From: Candidatus Heimdallarchaeota archaeon
Lineage (GTDB): Archaea > Asgardarchaeota > Heimdallarchaeia > Heimdallarchaeales > Kariarchaeaceae
Length of the DNA stretch: 32,000 nt
Assembly (NCBI GenBank): GCA_030149205.1
Contig: JASBSB010000003.1
Coordinates: 120,001-152,000 of the forward strand
Reading direction: 5' to 3'
Positions 1 through 8,248 of the stretch are shown here, piece after piece; position 1 is the first letter of the stretch; each line of letters opens with the position of its first letter. Made by a program: the position numbers and the translations under genes. The notes beneath the pieces were generated by a model. That model saw nothing but the letters and a program-made list of their open reading frames with translations, was not told the DNA's origin and ran no database searches.

Positions 1-1
1 T

Positions 2-574
2 AAAGACAAATCAATTGAGAGCATAGAATTTTTAAGCCTATTAGTCGATTATCACCAGACCGTGAGACCCTTTGAAATGCGAACAATTATTTTTAACAAT
101 ATCCCCTTTCAGTACTTGTCATCTGATAAAAACACTATTGTTGTGTTATATTTTTCGGAAACAGAAATTTATGGAACAGCACGATTTACAGAGATCTCTG
201 AGGGTATTATTAAGATAATTTATGATAATTGGAAAGATGCTTCTAAAATAGAACAGTTACATTTGTTCGAGCTATTTGATTTAACTTTGACTAAAAAAAT
301 TCCTTTGGCTTCCATCGAAAAGTATGCACAAATTAGTTTAAGAAGTGAGAGAATTATTCCAACAATAAATCATGACATGCTATTTGATTTAAAAATTGAA
401 ATTGATCCGCTCATAAATTCACAACTTTGGGCCAACCTTAAAAGTCTTAATGGTGAGGAAAGTGTACATGAGCTTACACAAGCCTGGAATAAGAACATAC
501 TACAAACTATTTTATTACTAGAATGGGCAAGGGTACGAAATGTCTTAAGTTACGTGGATAAAGCAAAACGTTAA
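2..574 (+). CDS. Hypothetical protein, 5'-truncated by the window edge; possible C-terminal winged-helix domain
   Basis: The frame is open from position 2 (KDKSIESIEFLSLL...) through the GTG at 62, so the true start lies upstream of the window. The C-terminal LKSLNGEESVHELTQAWNKNILQTILLLEWARVRNVLSYVD has a wHTH-like pattern. Confidence 0.6.
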   Translation, partial: KDKSIESIEFLSLLVDYHQTVRPFEMRTIIFNNIPFQYLSSDKNTIVVLYFSETEIYGTARFTEISEGIIKIIYDNWKDASKIEQLHLFELFDLTLTKKIPLASIEKYAQISLRSERIIPTINHDMLFDLKIEIDPLINSQLWANLKSLNGEESVHELTQAWNKNILQTILLLEWARVRNVLSYVDKAKR

Positions 575-632
575 TCAGTAAAAATTCTAGAAGACTTATT
601 AAGTCTAGAGTTCATTTTTAGATTTAGGTTAT

Positions 633-1604
633 ATGGGTAGTCTAGAGAAATTACCGACTAATTTGAAGATTGCTGTAATTCAGTATTGTAAGTGGTTAAT
701 GAAGCATAAGCTAGATACACCAATGGAAACCCCTGCAATGATAGGCAAAATCTTTTACGAGAAAAATTGGTCAGATAAATACATTCCAGTTGTAGAATAT
801 ATCTTCAAATTTTTGGTTCTATTTGAAATTCTTGAAGAATCCGGTGATATGTTTTCTTTGAGGGTACAAAACTTAAATTTGTTAATTGATAGATTGTACA
901 CAAGTATTAGTATTAAAATCGTGGTGGATCAGCAACCTGTATATGTCTTTATTGAACTACTCCTGAATTCCTTAGATGTTGAACTAGATTGGGACCAATC
1001 AATTGTTGACATTGAACAACACTCACTTCTTTGGGAAAGTGTTATTGACCCTTATGCAGACTCAATTGCATTAGTTGCCCATGAAAAATTAATTAATAAA
1101 AATTCGATAACTGATGATATTTCTGTGTGCATAATTGGTGAAAATCTCTACAAAATAATTGAAGCAATTGCAAGTACAACTATGTACCCCGAAAACGTCG
1201 ATATTGTAGTCCCAAATAAATTAAGGAAGGATCAATTAATATCACAAATAGAGTTAAATTCTGAGCTAAGTGATTATTTACCTCGTATTAAGTTGTATGA
1301 GGACGATTCATCAAAGAGTTACGAGGTGATTGTTGCATTCTGTTATTTTGGGTTATATCTTGAAGAATCTAATGCTTTTAATCTTATAAGAGCAAGATCA
1401 CATCCAGGAACTGAAGTGTTGTTTCAGATTTGTAGTACTGACCAACCTACCTTTGGATTTGAACCACTTCTCAAACTAATCAAACAGTGGAGATTTGCAC
1501 TATCAACAAGCAATTTTAAAACCAAATTTTCAAATTTGGGTTATTCCAAAATAGAAACCGCTGACGATGACAAGAAAATATTTACAATGGAATTTTCACC
1601 CTGA
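633..1604 (+). CDS. Hypothetical protein; probable degenerate class I SAM-methyltransferase fold with N-terminal helical/wHTH region
   Basis: 323-aa ORF. SYEVIVAFCYF...AFNLIRARSHPGTEVLF resembles MTase motifs IV-VI (FDxVhs...hxxhhxxLKPGG). Motif I is degenerate (VCIIGENLY). Confidence 0.45.
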   Translation: MGSLEKLPTNLKIAVIQYCKWLMKHKLDTPMETPAMIGKIFYEKNWSDKYIPVVEYIFKFLVLFEILEESGDMFSLRVQNLNLLIDRLYTSISIKIVVDQQPVYVFIELLLNSLDVELDWDQSIVDIEQHSLLWESVIDPYADSIALVAHEKLINKNSITDDISVCIIGENLYKIIEAIASTTMYPENVDIVVPNKLRKDQLISQIELNSELSDYLPRIKLYEDDSSKSYEVIVAFCYFGLYLEESNAFNLIRARSHPGTEVLFQICSTDQPTFGFEPLLKLIKQWRFALSTSNFKTKFSNLGYSKIETADDDKKIFTMEFSP

Positions 1605-1612
1605 ACTTCATA

Positions 1613-2287
1613 TCATTCTCCTAAATTGTTGATATAAAACGCAAGAGCAGCTAACAACAATGTTAATCCTGCTACCCAACTAAGTGGAAGAAGTGTGTCA
1701 ACACCCAACTTGCCTTTTAGAATAATTCCAAACAGAGTAACTTCGAAAGTTGCTCGCATGACTGCAGCAAATAGTAAAAATTTTGTATTGATTTCTACTG
1801 CATTGATAAAATAGAAAATGGAGAAAGATTCTATGAATACTATACTTAAATAAAAAATACCCACGTTTATCTCCATCTGATAAAATGGCAAATGAAGTAA
1901 TACCTCAATCAAACTCCATAATATAACAGTTGCAAAAAATTCCTCTTTGTTAAAAGTACTCTCTCCATAATCGTAAAGAATTAACCATTGCGACCCAACA
2001 ATAACAAATCCAACAAAGACAAGAGAAAAGAAGGTCACAATATCATGATTGTAAATGTTTTGAATTTGGAAATTGAAGTTTCCAAAAAGCGAGAAATAAA
2101 TAAGTTCTAAAACTCCAAAAGATAGAGAAAATCCTATCGAAGCAATCAAGAGTGTCAAAGAAGTTAACCTCAATAACCAATTACTGGGTTCAACATGGAA
2201 TAATTTTACAAAGATCACTATGATTATTGAAATGATTCCAACAAGAAACACACTCGGATCAAATAGGAAAACCACATTTTCACTCAA
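1613..2287 (-). CDS. Multi-pass integral membrane protein, function unknown
   Basis: 224 aa with about 6-7 hydrophobic segments; TTG start. Confidence 0.7.
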   Translation of the reverse strand: MSENVVFLFDPSVFLVGIISIIIVIFVKLFHVEPSNWLLRLTSLTLLIASIGFSLSFGVLELIYFSLFGNFNFQIQNIYNHDIVTFFSLVFVGFVIVGSQWLILYDYGESTFNKEEFFATVILWSLIEVLLHLPFYQMEINVGIFYLSIVFIESFSIFYFINAVEINTKFLLFAAVMRATFEVTLFGIILKGKLGVDTLLPLSWVAGLTLLLAALAFYINNLGE

Positions 2288-2379
2288 GATTCACCTATAA
2301 AAAAATGATTCATCTAGAATTACAGAATGAAGATAAATATTGGAAATCTTTTATTTATTCATATGTTTTGATGAAATAA

Positions 2380-3084
2380 GTGAAGCAGCATGAAAGCAAC
2401 CAAAAATTTAATGATACTTGGTTTAGGGACTTTCTAATTATAATTTTGTTAGCCCCCATATTATCAGGATTTTTTTACCTATACCAAGAGAACACCTCAT
2501 TCGGATTGATAGAGGGGAATGTATTTCGTGCCTCTCGAATGTTAATAATATATGTCATTCCGACACTAATTTTCGCCAGAAGACATGCCATACCATTCAA
2601 AAATTTAGGATTTAGATTTGACAAACCGAAGTTAAACTTGTTGGTTTCACTTATTGGAGGGATAGTATTATACTATATTGCTGGGTTGGTTTTTGTAAAA
2701 GACAATATCTTTTTTGGTGGTTGGAGTTCTGTTTCAGAGATCGATGCTTGGACTTCCCTGGGGTTAATTGGAATAATGGCGGGAGTTACAGATTATTGGA
2801 CAAGGGGATTTATTCTGTTATCACTTACAAGGAAATACAACTATTATGTTGGGATAACAGTTCAAAATTTAACTTGGTTTATAATACATATTTACGAGAT
2901 CGTTTTATTAATCCCATTTATAGGTTTAACAGGGGCTATATTACTAACATTATTCCTTGGCATAGTTGGAGATATTATTGCACTTGAGAGTGAGAATATT
3001 ATTGGACTTATTTTTGGTCACATACTCTTGAACATGATGGTTATGTTAACAGCAAGAGGGGTTGTAAATTTTGTTTTCTTCTAA
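2380..3084 (+). CDS. CPBP (CAAX protease/Abi) family intramembrane glutamic protease-like protein
   Basis: Multi-TM protein with motif 2 WFIIH and motif 3 GHILLN. The motif 1 position reads GVTDYWTRG instead of EExxxRG. Confidence 0.75.
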   Translation: MKQHESNQKFNDTWFRDFLIIILLAPILSGFFYLYQENTSFGLIEGNVFRASRMLIIYVIPTLIFARRHAIPFKNLGFRFDKPKLNLLVSLIGGIVLYYIAGLVFVKDNIFFGGWSSVSEIDAWTSLGLIGIMAGVTDYWTRGFILLSLTRKYNYYVGITVQNLTWFIIHIYEIVLLIPFIGLTGAILLTLFLGIVGDIIALESENIIGLIFGHILLNMMVMLTARGVVNFVFF

Positions 3085-3117
3085 TTACCTCTTTCAAAAA
3101 ACCTTGAGGAACCTACC

Positions 3118-3861
3118 TTAAAATTTAATTTCCATGTCATCTTCTGCAAGTTGAAAGTTCTTTTGAAAAGAAAGTGTATTTGAACTTACACTTGAGTCAA
3201 CATGAGATACAAAAAAAGAATTTGGTCTATTAATCCCCACCTCTAAAAGGTCTTTAATGGTTGTGTGATTAGGTATCACAAGATCAAAAGTACTTGCTTC
3301 ATGAATTACAATCTTACAAGTCAATAAAACATTGAGACTTTCTAGCACCAAAGATGTATCTCCTGAGTATCCCAAGCTGAAAGCGCCTTTAATTGCAACC
3401 ATCCGAGCGTTAGCAGTGTGTTCTGCCCTTAGAAATTGGAAGTGGAGAGAGAAAAGATTATATTCAGATCCTGGCTCGGTCTCGATAAATTCATAAGTTT
3501 CTGGTAATACTTCTGCTTCATCTTGAGAGTATATTGTTTCACAAATTGTGCGTAGAAATTTTTGGGTACCAACCGGACATATCAATTTGATAGGGTTACT
3601 CAACTTACTTATCCATTTATTGTCTAGGACAAGTAAAGCTAAACCTAACATGTGGTCTGGATGTAAATGGCTTATATAAATCAGGTCGAGGTCTCCTAAA
3701 GAATATCCTTTCTTATGTAGAGCAGGGAGTGTTGATGGCCCACAATCCATCATCATGAGTCTGTGTTTTCCTTTATCCTCAAATTCAATAAGGTAAGAGG
3801 AGTGTCTTCTTCCATCATGGCCAAAGGCATTACCTGATCCTAAAAATATTAATTTTGACAA
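3118..3861 (-). CDS. Metallo-beta-lactamase fold hydrolase, RNase Z/BN-like
   Basis: FLGSGNAF, MDCG, HLHPDH (HxHxDH), AEH, YSGDT, HEAST and SH motifs. Confidence 0.85.
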   Translation of the reverse strand: MSKLIFLGSGNAFGHDGRRHSSYLIEFEDKGKHRLMMMDCGPSTLPALHKKGYSLGDLDLIYISHLHPDHMLGLALLVLDNKWISKLSNPIKLICPVGTQKFLRTICETIYSQDEAEVLPETYEFIETEPGSEYNLFSLHFQFLRAEHTANARMVAIKGAFSLGYSGDTSLVLESLNVLLTCKIVIHEASTFDLVIPNHTTIKDLLEVGINRPNSFFVSHVDSSVSSNTLSFQKNFQLAEDDMEIKF

Positions 3862-3974
3862 TAAAAGAATTTTTTAAGATATTTTATAAGCTCATCACTC
3901 TATAACTCAAATTCTTGTTGATTTTTTATCGGTCACCAAATTAAGAATTTATTATTGTCTTTCTACAAATTAGA

Positions 3975-5051
3975 TTGATGACCGATGTCAACTTTGAGGA
4001 ATATTACTCAAGACATTTCCCCTTAAAATCCCTGGGTAAACTTAACCAACAATTACTCCAAGAAAGTCATGTGCTCATAGCTGGTGTTGGTGGCTTAGGA
4101 ACTCATTCAGCAGAACTATTAGCTTCTTTGGGTGTTGGTGAACTAACCCTTGTGGATTTTGATGTGATTGAGGCCTCAAATCTACCTAGGCAGGTTCTCT
4201 ATACTGTTGATGATATTGGTAAAGCAAAAGTTGATGTTGCACGAGAAAGAATCGAAAAAAGAAATCCCTTTATAAAAATCAACACATCCACCTATTCCAT
4301 TGATGGATTATCTATTCAAGACCTAATTCAAGGAGTTGATATAATTGTGGATGGATTAGACACTTTTTCGACTCGGAAAATAGTACATTATCATGCCCTT
4401 AGAAACAATATCCCATTTGTGTTCGCTGGTGCTACCGGTGAAAGTGGAAATCTTATGAGCTTTGATTTTAAGAACAACCATCCTTGTATGGAATGTGTGT
4501 TTGGTGATGTTCAAGATAATAAGAATTTTTCTTGTGAGGTTAGAGGAATTCATCCTATAATCTTGAATTTAATTGCTTCTGCACAGGCCTTAGAGGTGCA
4601 GAAAATGTTACTTGGACAAGACCCCAACTTTTGTGAGTCACTCCTTCTTGTTGATCTTGAAAAGTTCAAATTTACAAGAGCAAAGGTAAAGAAAAATCCA
4701 ACTTGTCCCACTTGTTCTAAATATGAATTTAATGATCCCACCAGTAGAACGTATGATATTGAAACAAAATTAGGGAAGGTTCATATTACTTCGTTATGTG
4801 GACGTGGTGCTTTTATTTTTAAACCACAAAATAAAATGGATATCAATCTTAAGACTATCGTTCAATTTTTGGAGGAGACAAACTCAACGATCAAAGTAAG
4901 AGGAGCAAGTGCGGTATCCTTTGTGAAAGAGAATATAGAGGTAAGTGTGCTCAATTCTGGAATTGTTACCATTCGTAAAGTTAGTAACCTTAAACTTGCT
5001 GAATATATATATGAAGGTTTAGTTGATTCTATGTTAAGTGCAAACCTATAA
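3975..5051 (+). CDS. ThiF/MoeB/E1-like adenylyltransferase with C-terminal LCGR-type extension
   Basis: GVGGLG nucleotide-binding loop, SNLPRQ, Zn motifs CMEC and CPTC, catalytic-loop SCEVRG, and a C-terminal SLCGR...GIVTIR domain. Confidence 0.9.
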   Translation: MMTDVNFEEYYSRHFPLKSLGKLNQQLLQESHVLIAGVGGLGTHSAELLASLGVGELTLVDFDVIEASNLPRQVLYTVDDIGKAKVDVARERIEKRNPFIKINTSTYSIDGLSIQDLIQGVDIIVDGLDTFSTRKIVHYHALRNNIPFVFAGATGESGNLMSFDFKNNHPCMECVFGDVQDNKNFSCEVRGIHPIILNLIASAQALEVQKMLLGQDPNFCESLLLVDLEKFKFTRAKVKKNPTCPTCSKYEFNDPTSRTYDIETKLGKVHITSLCGRGAFIFKPQNKMDINLKTIVQFLEETNSTIKVRGASAVSFVKENIEVSVLNSGIVTIRKVSNLKLAEYIYEGLVDSMLSANL

Positions 5052-5080
5052 TCGAAGTATGATTAATAAGGTTTAATAAG

Positions 5081-5323
5081 ATGCTAATTTTAATTAATAA
5101 CGTGGCAGGAACTTACAATCCACTTATTTCAGGTCTCTGGTTAAACATATTTACATGGACATTTTTAGTTTTAGGACTAATCAGCTTGATCACATTTGTC
5201 TTATATTATCAAAAGGCCAAGGAGAAAACTATGTTAAGAACCATTATTTGGGCTGTTGTAACAGCATTTTTATTGGCTCTGGGGACTCAGTTCTTTCTCT
5301 TTCAGAATGGTTTAACTTATTAG
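5081..5323 (+). CDS. Small two-helix membrane protein
   Basis: 80 aa with two hydrophobic segments; lies 24 bp upstream of the GT2 gene on the same strand. Confidence 0.6.
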   Translation: MLILINNVAGTYNPLISGLWLNIFTWTFLVLGLISLITFVLYYQKAKEKTMLRTIIWAVVTAFLLALGTQFFLFQNGLTY

Positions 5324-5347
5324 CTCAAGAATTAGTTGGTGGACTAG

Positions 5348-6913
5348 TTGAAAAAGCCCAGTAACCAAACGTTAATCTCCGTGGTTTGGCTCACTATTGT
5401 AGGCTTCTTATTAATTTATTCAATGTCGGACATTCTGAAAATTACATCAGTACTCGAATTTGTTCAATATTTTGTTTTACTTCTTGTATTATCTCAGATT
5501 TTAGCGTTAATTGTTTCAGTGATCTTCCCTTCATCTGAAAGAAAGAAATTACACAGCTCCAGTTCTTCAGAACTCAGTAATATTGATGTTATAGTCCCAA
5601 TCAGGTCTGTTGACCCCTCAGTTTTAGAGTTAACACTCAAAGGAATTAGAGATTCAGACTATCCTCAAGAGTTAATCACTTTGGTTATTGGAGATGACAC
5701 CCCCAATATAAAATTGAGCGAAATTTATTCTAAACTTGCTACTACATACAAGGCTAGATACATTTACTTACCAGAAAACAAAAAATACAAGGCAGGTATG
5801 GTAAATTATTGTCTTCAGGATCTTGACTCCCCCCTTGTATGTCTATTAGATTATGATCAGATACCGACAACGAACTTTTTCAAAATTTGTATACGTGGAA
5901 TACAAGATGAGGATGATATAGCATTTGTTCAACTGATAAAAAGGTTCAGAGACCTAAAATCTATATTTAATAAATGGTCTGCATTATTATATCTGCAATT
6001 TTTTGAAGCTATGCAACGAACTAAAAATGAAAGAGGAACGGTATTATTTGCCGGTTCAACTGGCTGTTTTAGAAGAGAATACCTCAATGAAGTGGGTCTA
6101 TTTTCAGAAGAGACCTTTACTGAAGATGCAGACACATCAATAAAACTCATACTTAAAGGATATAGAGGCTTGTATCTGGATAGTGTAGGGTCATATGGAA
6201 CAGTGCCAAAGAATTATCAAGATCAAATCGCACAGCTTTGGCGTTGGTCACACGGGGGTAGTCACAGCCTTTCTCTTAGGGGCACTCTAATATTAAGGTC
6301 AAAAGAGATAAATCTTTCACAGAAAATTGACTTGCTTGCTACAATCGGAATCACACCATTGTTGGTGTTAATTTATGTATACACTCTAGCAGTTGCGGTT
6401 CTAGTTAATTTTAGATTGGATTATCAAAGCCCAATCCTGCTACCCTCTTCAAGATATTCTGTCTCAATTGCAGGAATTTTACCTTTGCTTGCAATAACGA
6501 CGTACTTACTTGTAGTCAGTTTGGCTTACTATGAAGCCAGAAAAGATCCAGAATTGGAGAAAATCTTTAAATGGCGTTATCTACCAATATTCACTTTGAT
6601 TGGAATTTCAAGCAATGTGTTAATACTCAGCTCGGGAATTACAGGGTTTTTAAGAATATTAGGACCGAACTCTAGATATGGAACATGGAACAGAAAATTT
6701 AACATTTGGTTAGAATCGGGAATTCTTGCTATTATTGGAATATTGGGGATCTATTTCTCAATCTTAATTTCAGATAATTCGAACTGGTTGTTCATATGTT
6801 TAATTTCTGTTTCTTTTGTTGTACCAATCATTGTTACAATTCTCTCTAGCTTACATCTGAAATTTAAGAATGAAGTTTCCAATTCACTGGATACAAAACA
6901 ACACAATTTTTAA
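5348..6913 (+). CDS. Processive GT2 glycosyltransferase (cellulose-synthase-like)
   Basis: D...DD, KAG, DYD (DxD), FAGS, TED and QLWRW (QxxRW) motifs, with N- and C-terminal TM helices. Confidence 0.9.
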   Translation: MKKPSNQTLISVVWLTIVGFLLIYSMSDILKITSVLEFVQYFVLLLVLSQILALIVSVIFPSSERKKLHSSSSSELSNIDVIVPIRSVDPSVLELTLKGIRDSDYPQELITLVIGDDTPNIKLSEIYSKLATTYKARYIYLPENKKYKAGMVNYCLQDLDSPLVCLLDYDQIPTTNFFKICIRGIQDEDDIAFVQLIKRFRDLKSIFNKWSALLYLQFFEAMQRTKNERGTVLFAGSTGCFRREYLNEVGLFSEETFTEDADTSIKLILKGYRGLYLDSVGSYGTVPKNYQDQIAQLWRWSHGGSHSLSLRGTLILRSKEINLSQKIDLLATIGITPLLVLIYVYTLAVAVLVNFRLDYQSPILLPSSRYSVSIAGILPLLAITTYLLVVSLAYYEARKDPELEKIFKWRYLPIFTLIGISSNVLILSSGITGFLRILGPNSRYGTWNRKFNIWLESGILAIIGILGIYFSILISDNSNWLFICLISVSFVVPIIVTILSSLHLKFKNEVSNSLDTKQHNF

Positions 6914-6935
6914 ACTTCAAAGAGACAGAACTTTA

Positions 6936-7355
6936 ATGGCAAAGAAAAAGGCAAGTGCCAAGGAGAAAAAAATTAAGGTTAAACCTGTCAAATGTAAAAA
7001 ATGTGGTCATTCCTTTATGCCGCATGAGGCTCAACCTAAGAAACAATGGACCCTAGTATCACCAATGCCAGACAAAGATGGAAATGTGACGATAACTATG
7101 ATGGCCAGTTGGGACTGTCCAAACTGTGGAAAGAACATTACTGGATCCATGGGGAAAACTAAAGGTGATCAAACAGGTCCATCAAAGAAAGAGTTGATCG
7201 ATGAGAAACTTGCAGCAAAAAGTAACTTTAATATCAATGAATTCGCAAAAAGTTTGAAAGTATCTGAAGAAAACCTCTCTAAGATTCTTAAGGTTCATAT
7301 CAAAAAGGGGAATGTTAAAGCGAAAATAGTAGATTCAGAATTTATTTTTGAATAG
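6936..7355 (+). CDS. Basic Zn-ribbon (Cren7-like) protein fused to a C-terminal winged helix
   Basis: Likely start is ATG 6936 (MAKKKASAK), because the ORF-track start overlaps the GT2 gene. Contains CKKC and CPNC, a PKKQWTLVSP segment like Cren7 PEKVWALAP, and a C-terminal INEFAKSLKVSEENLSKILKVHIKKGNV wHTH. Confidence 0.7.
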   Translation: MAKKKASAKEKKIKVKPVKCKKCGHSFMPHEAQPKKQWTLVSPMPDKDGNVTITMMASWDCPNCGKNITGSMGKTKGDQTGPSKKELIDEKLAAKSNFNINEFAKSLKVSEENLSKILKVHIKKGNVKAKIVDSEFIFE

Positions 7356-7369
7356 AGGGAATTAATTCT

Positions 7370-8137
7370 ATGAGACTATCCAAGGATGTTAACCAAAAAC
7401 TCATAAAGATGAACAAAAATTTTGTGTTCCCCTTGGAGGAGGAAACTTTGAAGAAGCTAACCAATCACGAACACGATTGGTCATCAGTTGAACTAAGAGG
7501 GGTCCTAAGATTATTCTATCTGAATTCCCTTTTCAATATACCTTTGGAAATTTATCACTTTCCGAATGAAATCAGAACTAAAGAATTAGCTGGTTATTTT
7601 GAGGGGTACAAGCAGACAGATATAGAGATCTTTGAAAAGGAAGAATTAGCAATCATTTCCAACTATTTTAAGAGCTCAAGATTGTACGTGGATAGGATCA
7701 CAGCGCCTATCTATTCAGTTGATAGATATTTTTTGTTCTATAAACTTCGAATATTATTGACACCATCACATTTTGATTTCTCACAAAGCAAACTATTTAC
7801 AACTTTGCAATCCACACTTGGATTGAAACAGGTTAGAATTAAATCTCTTAATAACTCTAAATTTTATGGGTCTAATGATTTAATAACAAAATTACGTGTT
7901 GCCACTCTTCAAGAAATTGCTGGGTTTCAGGGCCTTGATTATATAGAATTCAAGGGAGAAAGTGTGAAACATGGCCTTCGGGGACTTCAGGTTCGACAAG
8001 AAATTAAGGTCAACCTTGAAAATATAGGTCCAAAAATTATTGTTGGTGACTCTGACCTTACCCTGAAAGTTGGTTCAACACTTGAGATTCATTCTCTTAA
8101 GGGAATTCAGAAAGCCCATGAACTTTTGATCACATAA
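7370..8137 (+). CDS. Hypothetical protein
   Basis: 255-aa ORF starting 14 bp after the preceding gene; no family recognised with confidence. Confidence 0.7.
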   Translation: MRLSKDVNQKLIKMNKNFVFPLEEETLKKLTNHEHDWSSVELRGVLRLFYLNSLFNIPLEIYHFPNEIRTKELAGYFEGYKQTDIEIFEKEELAIISNYFKSSRLYVDRITAPIYSVDRYFLFYKLRILLTPSHFDFSQSKLFTTLQSTLGLKQVRIKSLNNSKFYGSNDLITKLRVATLQEIAGFQGLDYIEFKGESVKHGLRGLQVRQEIKVNLENIGPKIIVGDSDLTLKVGSTLEIHSLKGIQKAHELLIT

Positions 8138-8248
8138 ATATTTTGAGAAAATCAAGATCATTCAATTCTTATTTCGTTTCGTTTTTGATATAATATTAAC
8201 AGTAAATGAACCACTAATCTTTTGAATAAATATGAGTGTTACCTGTCT

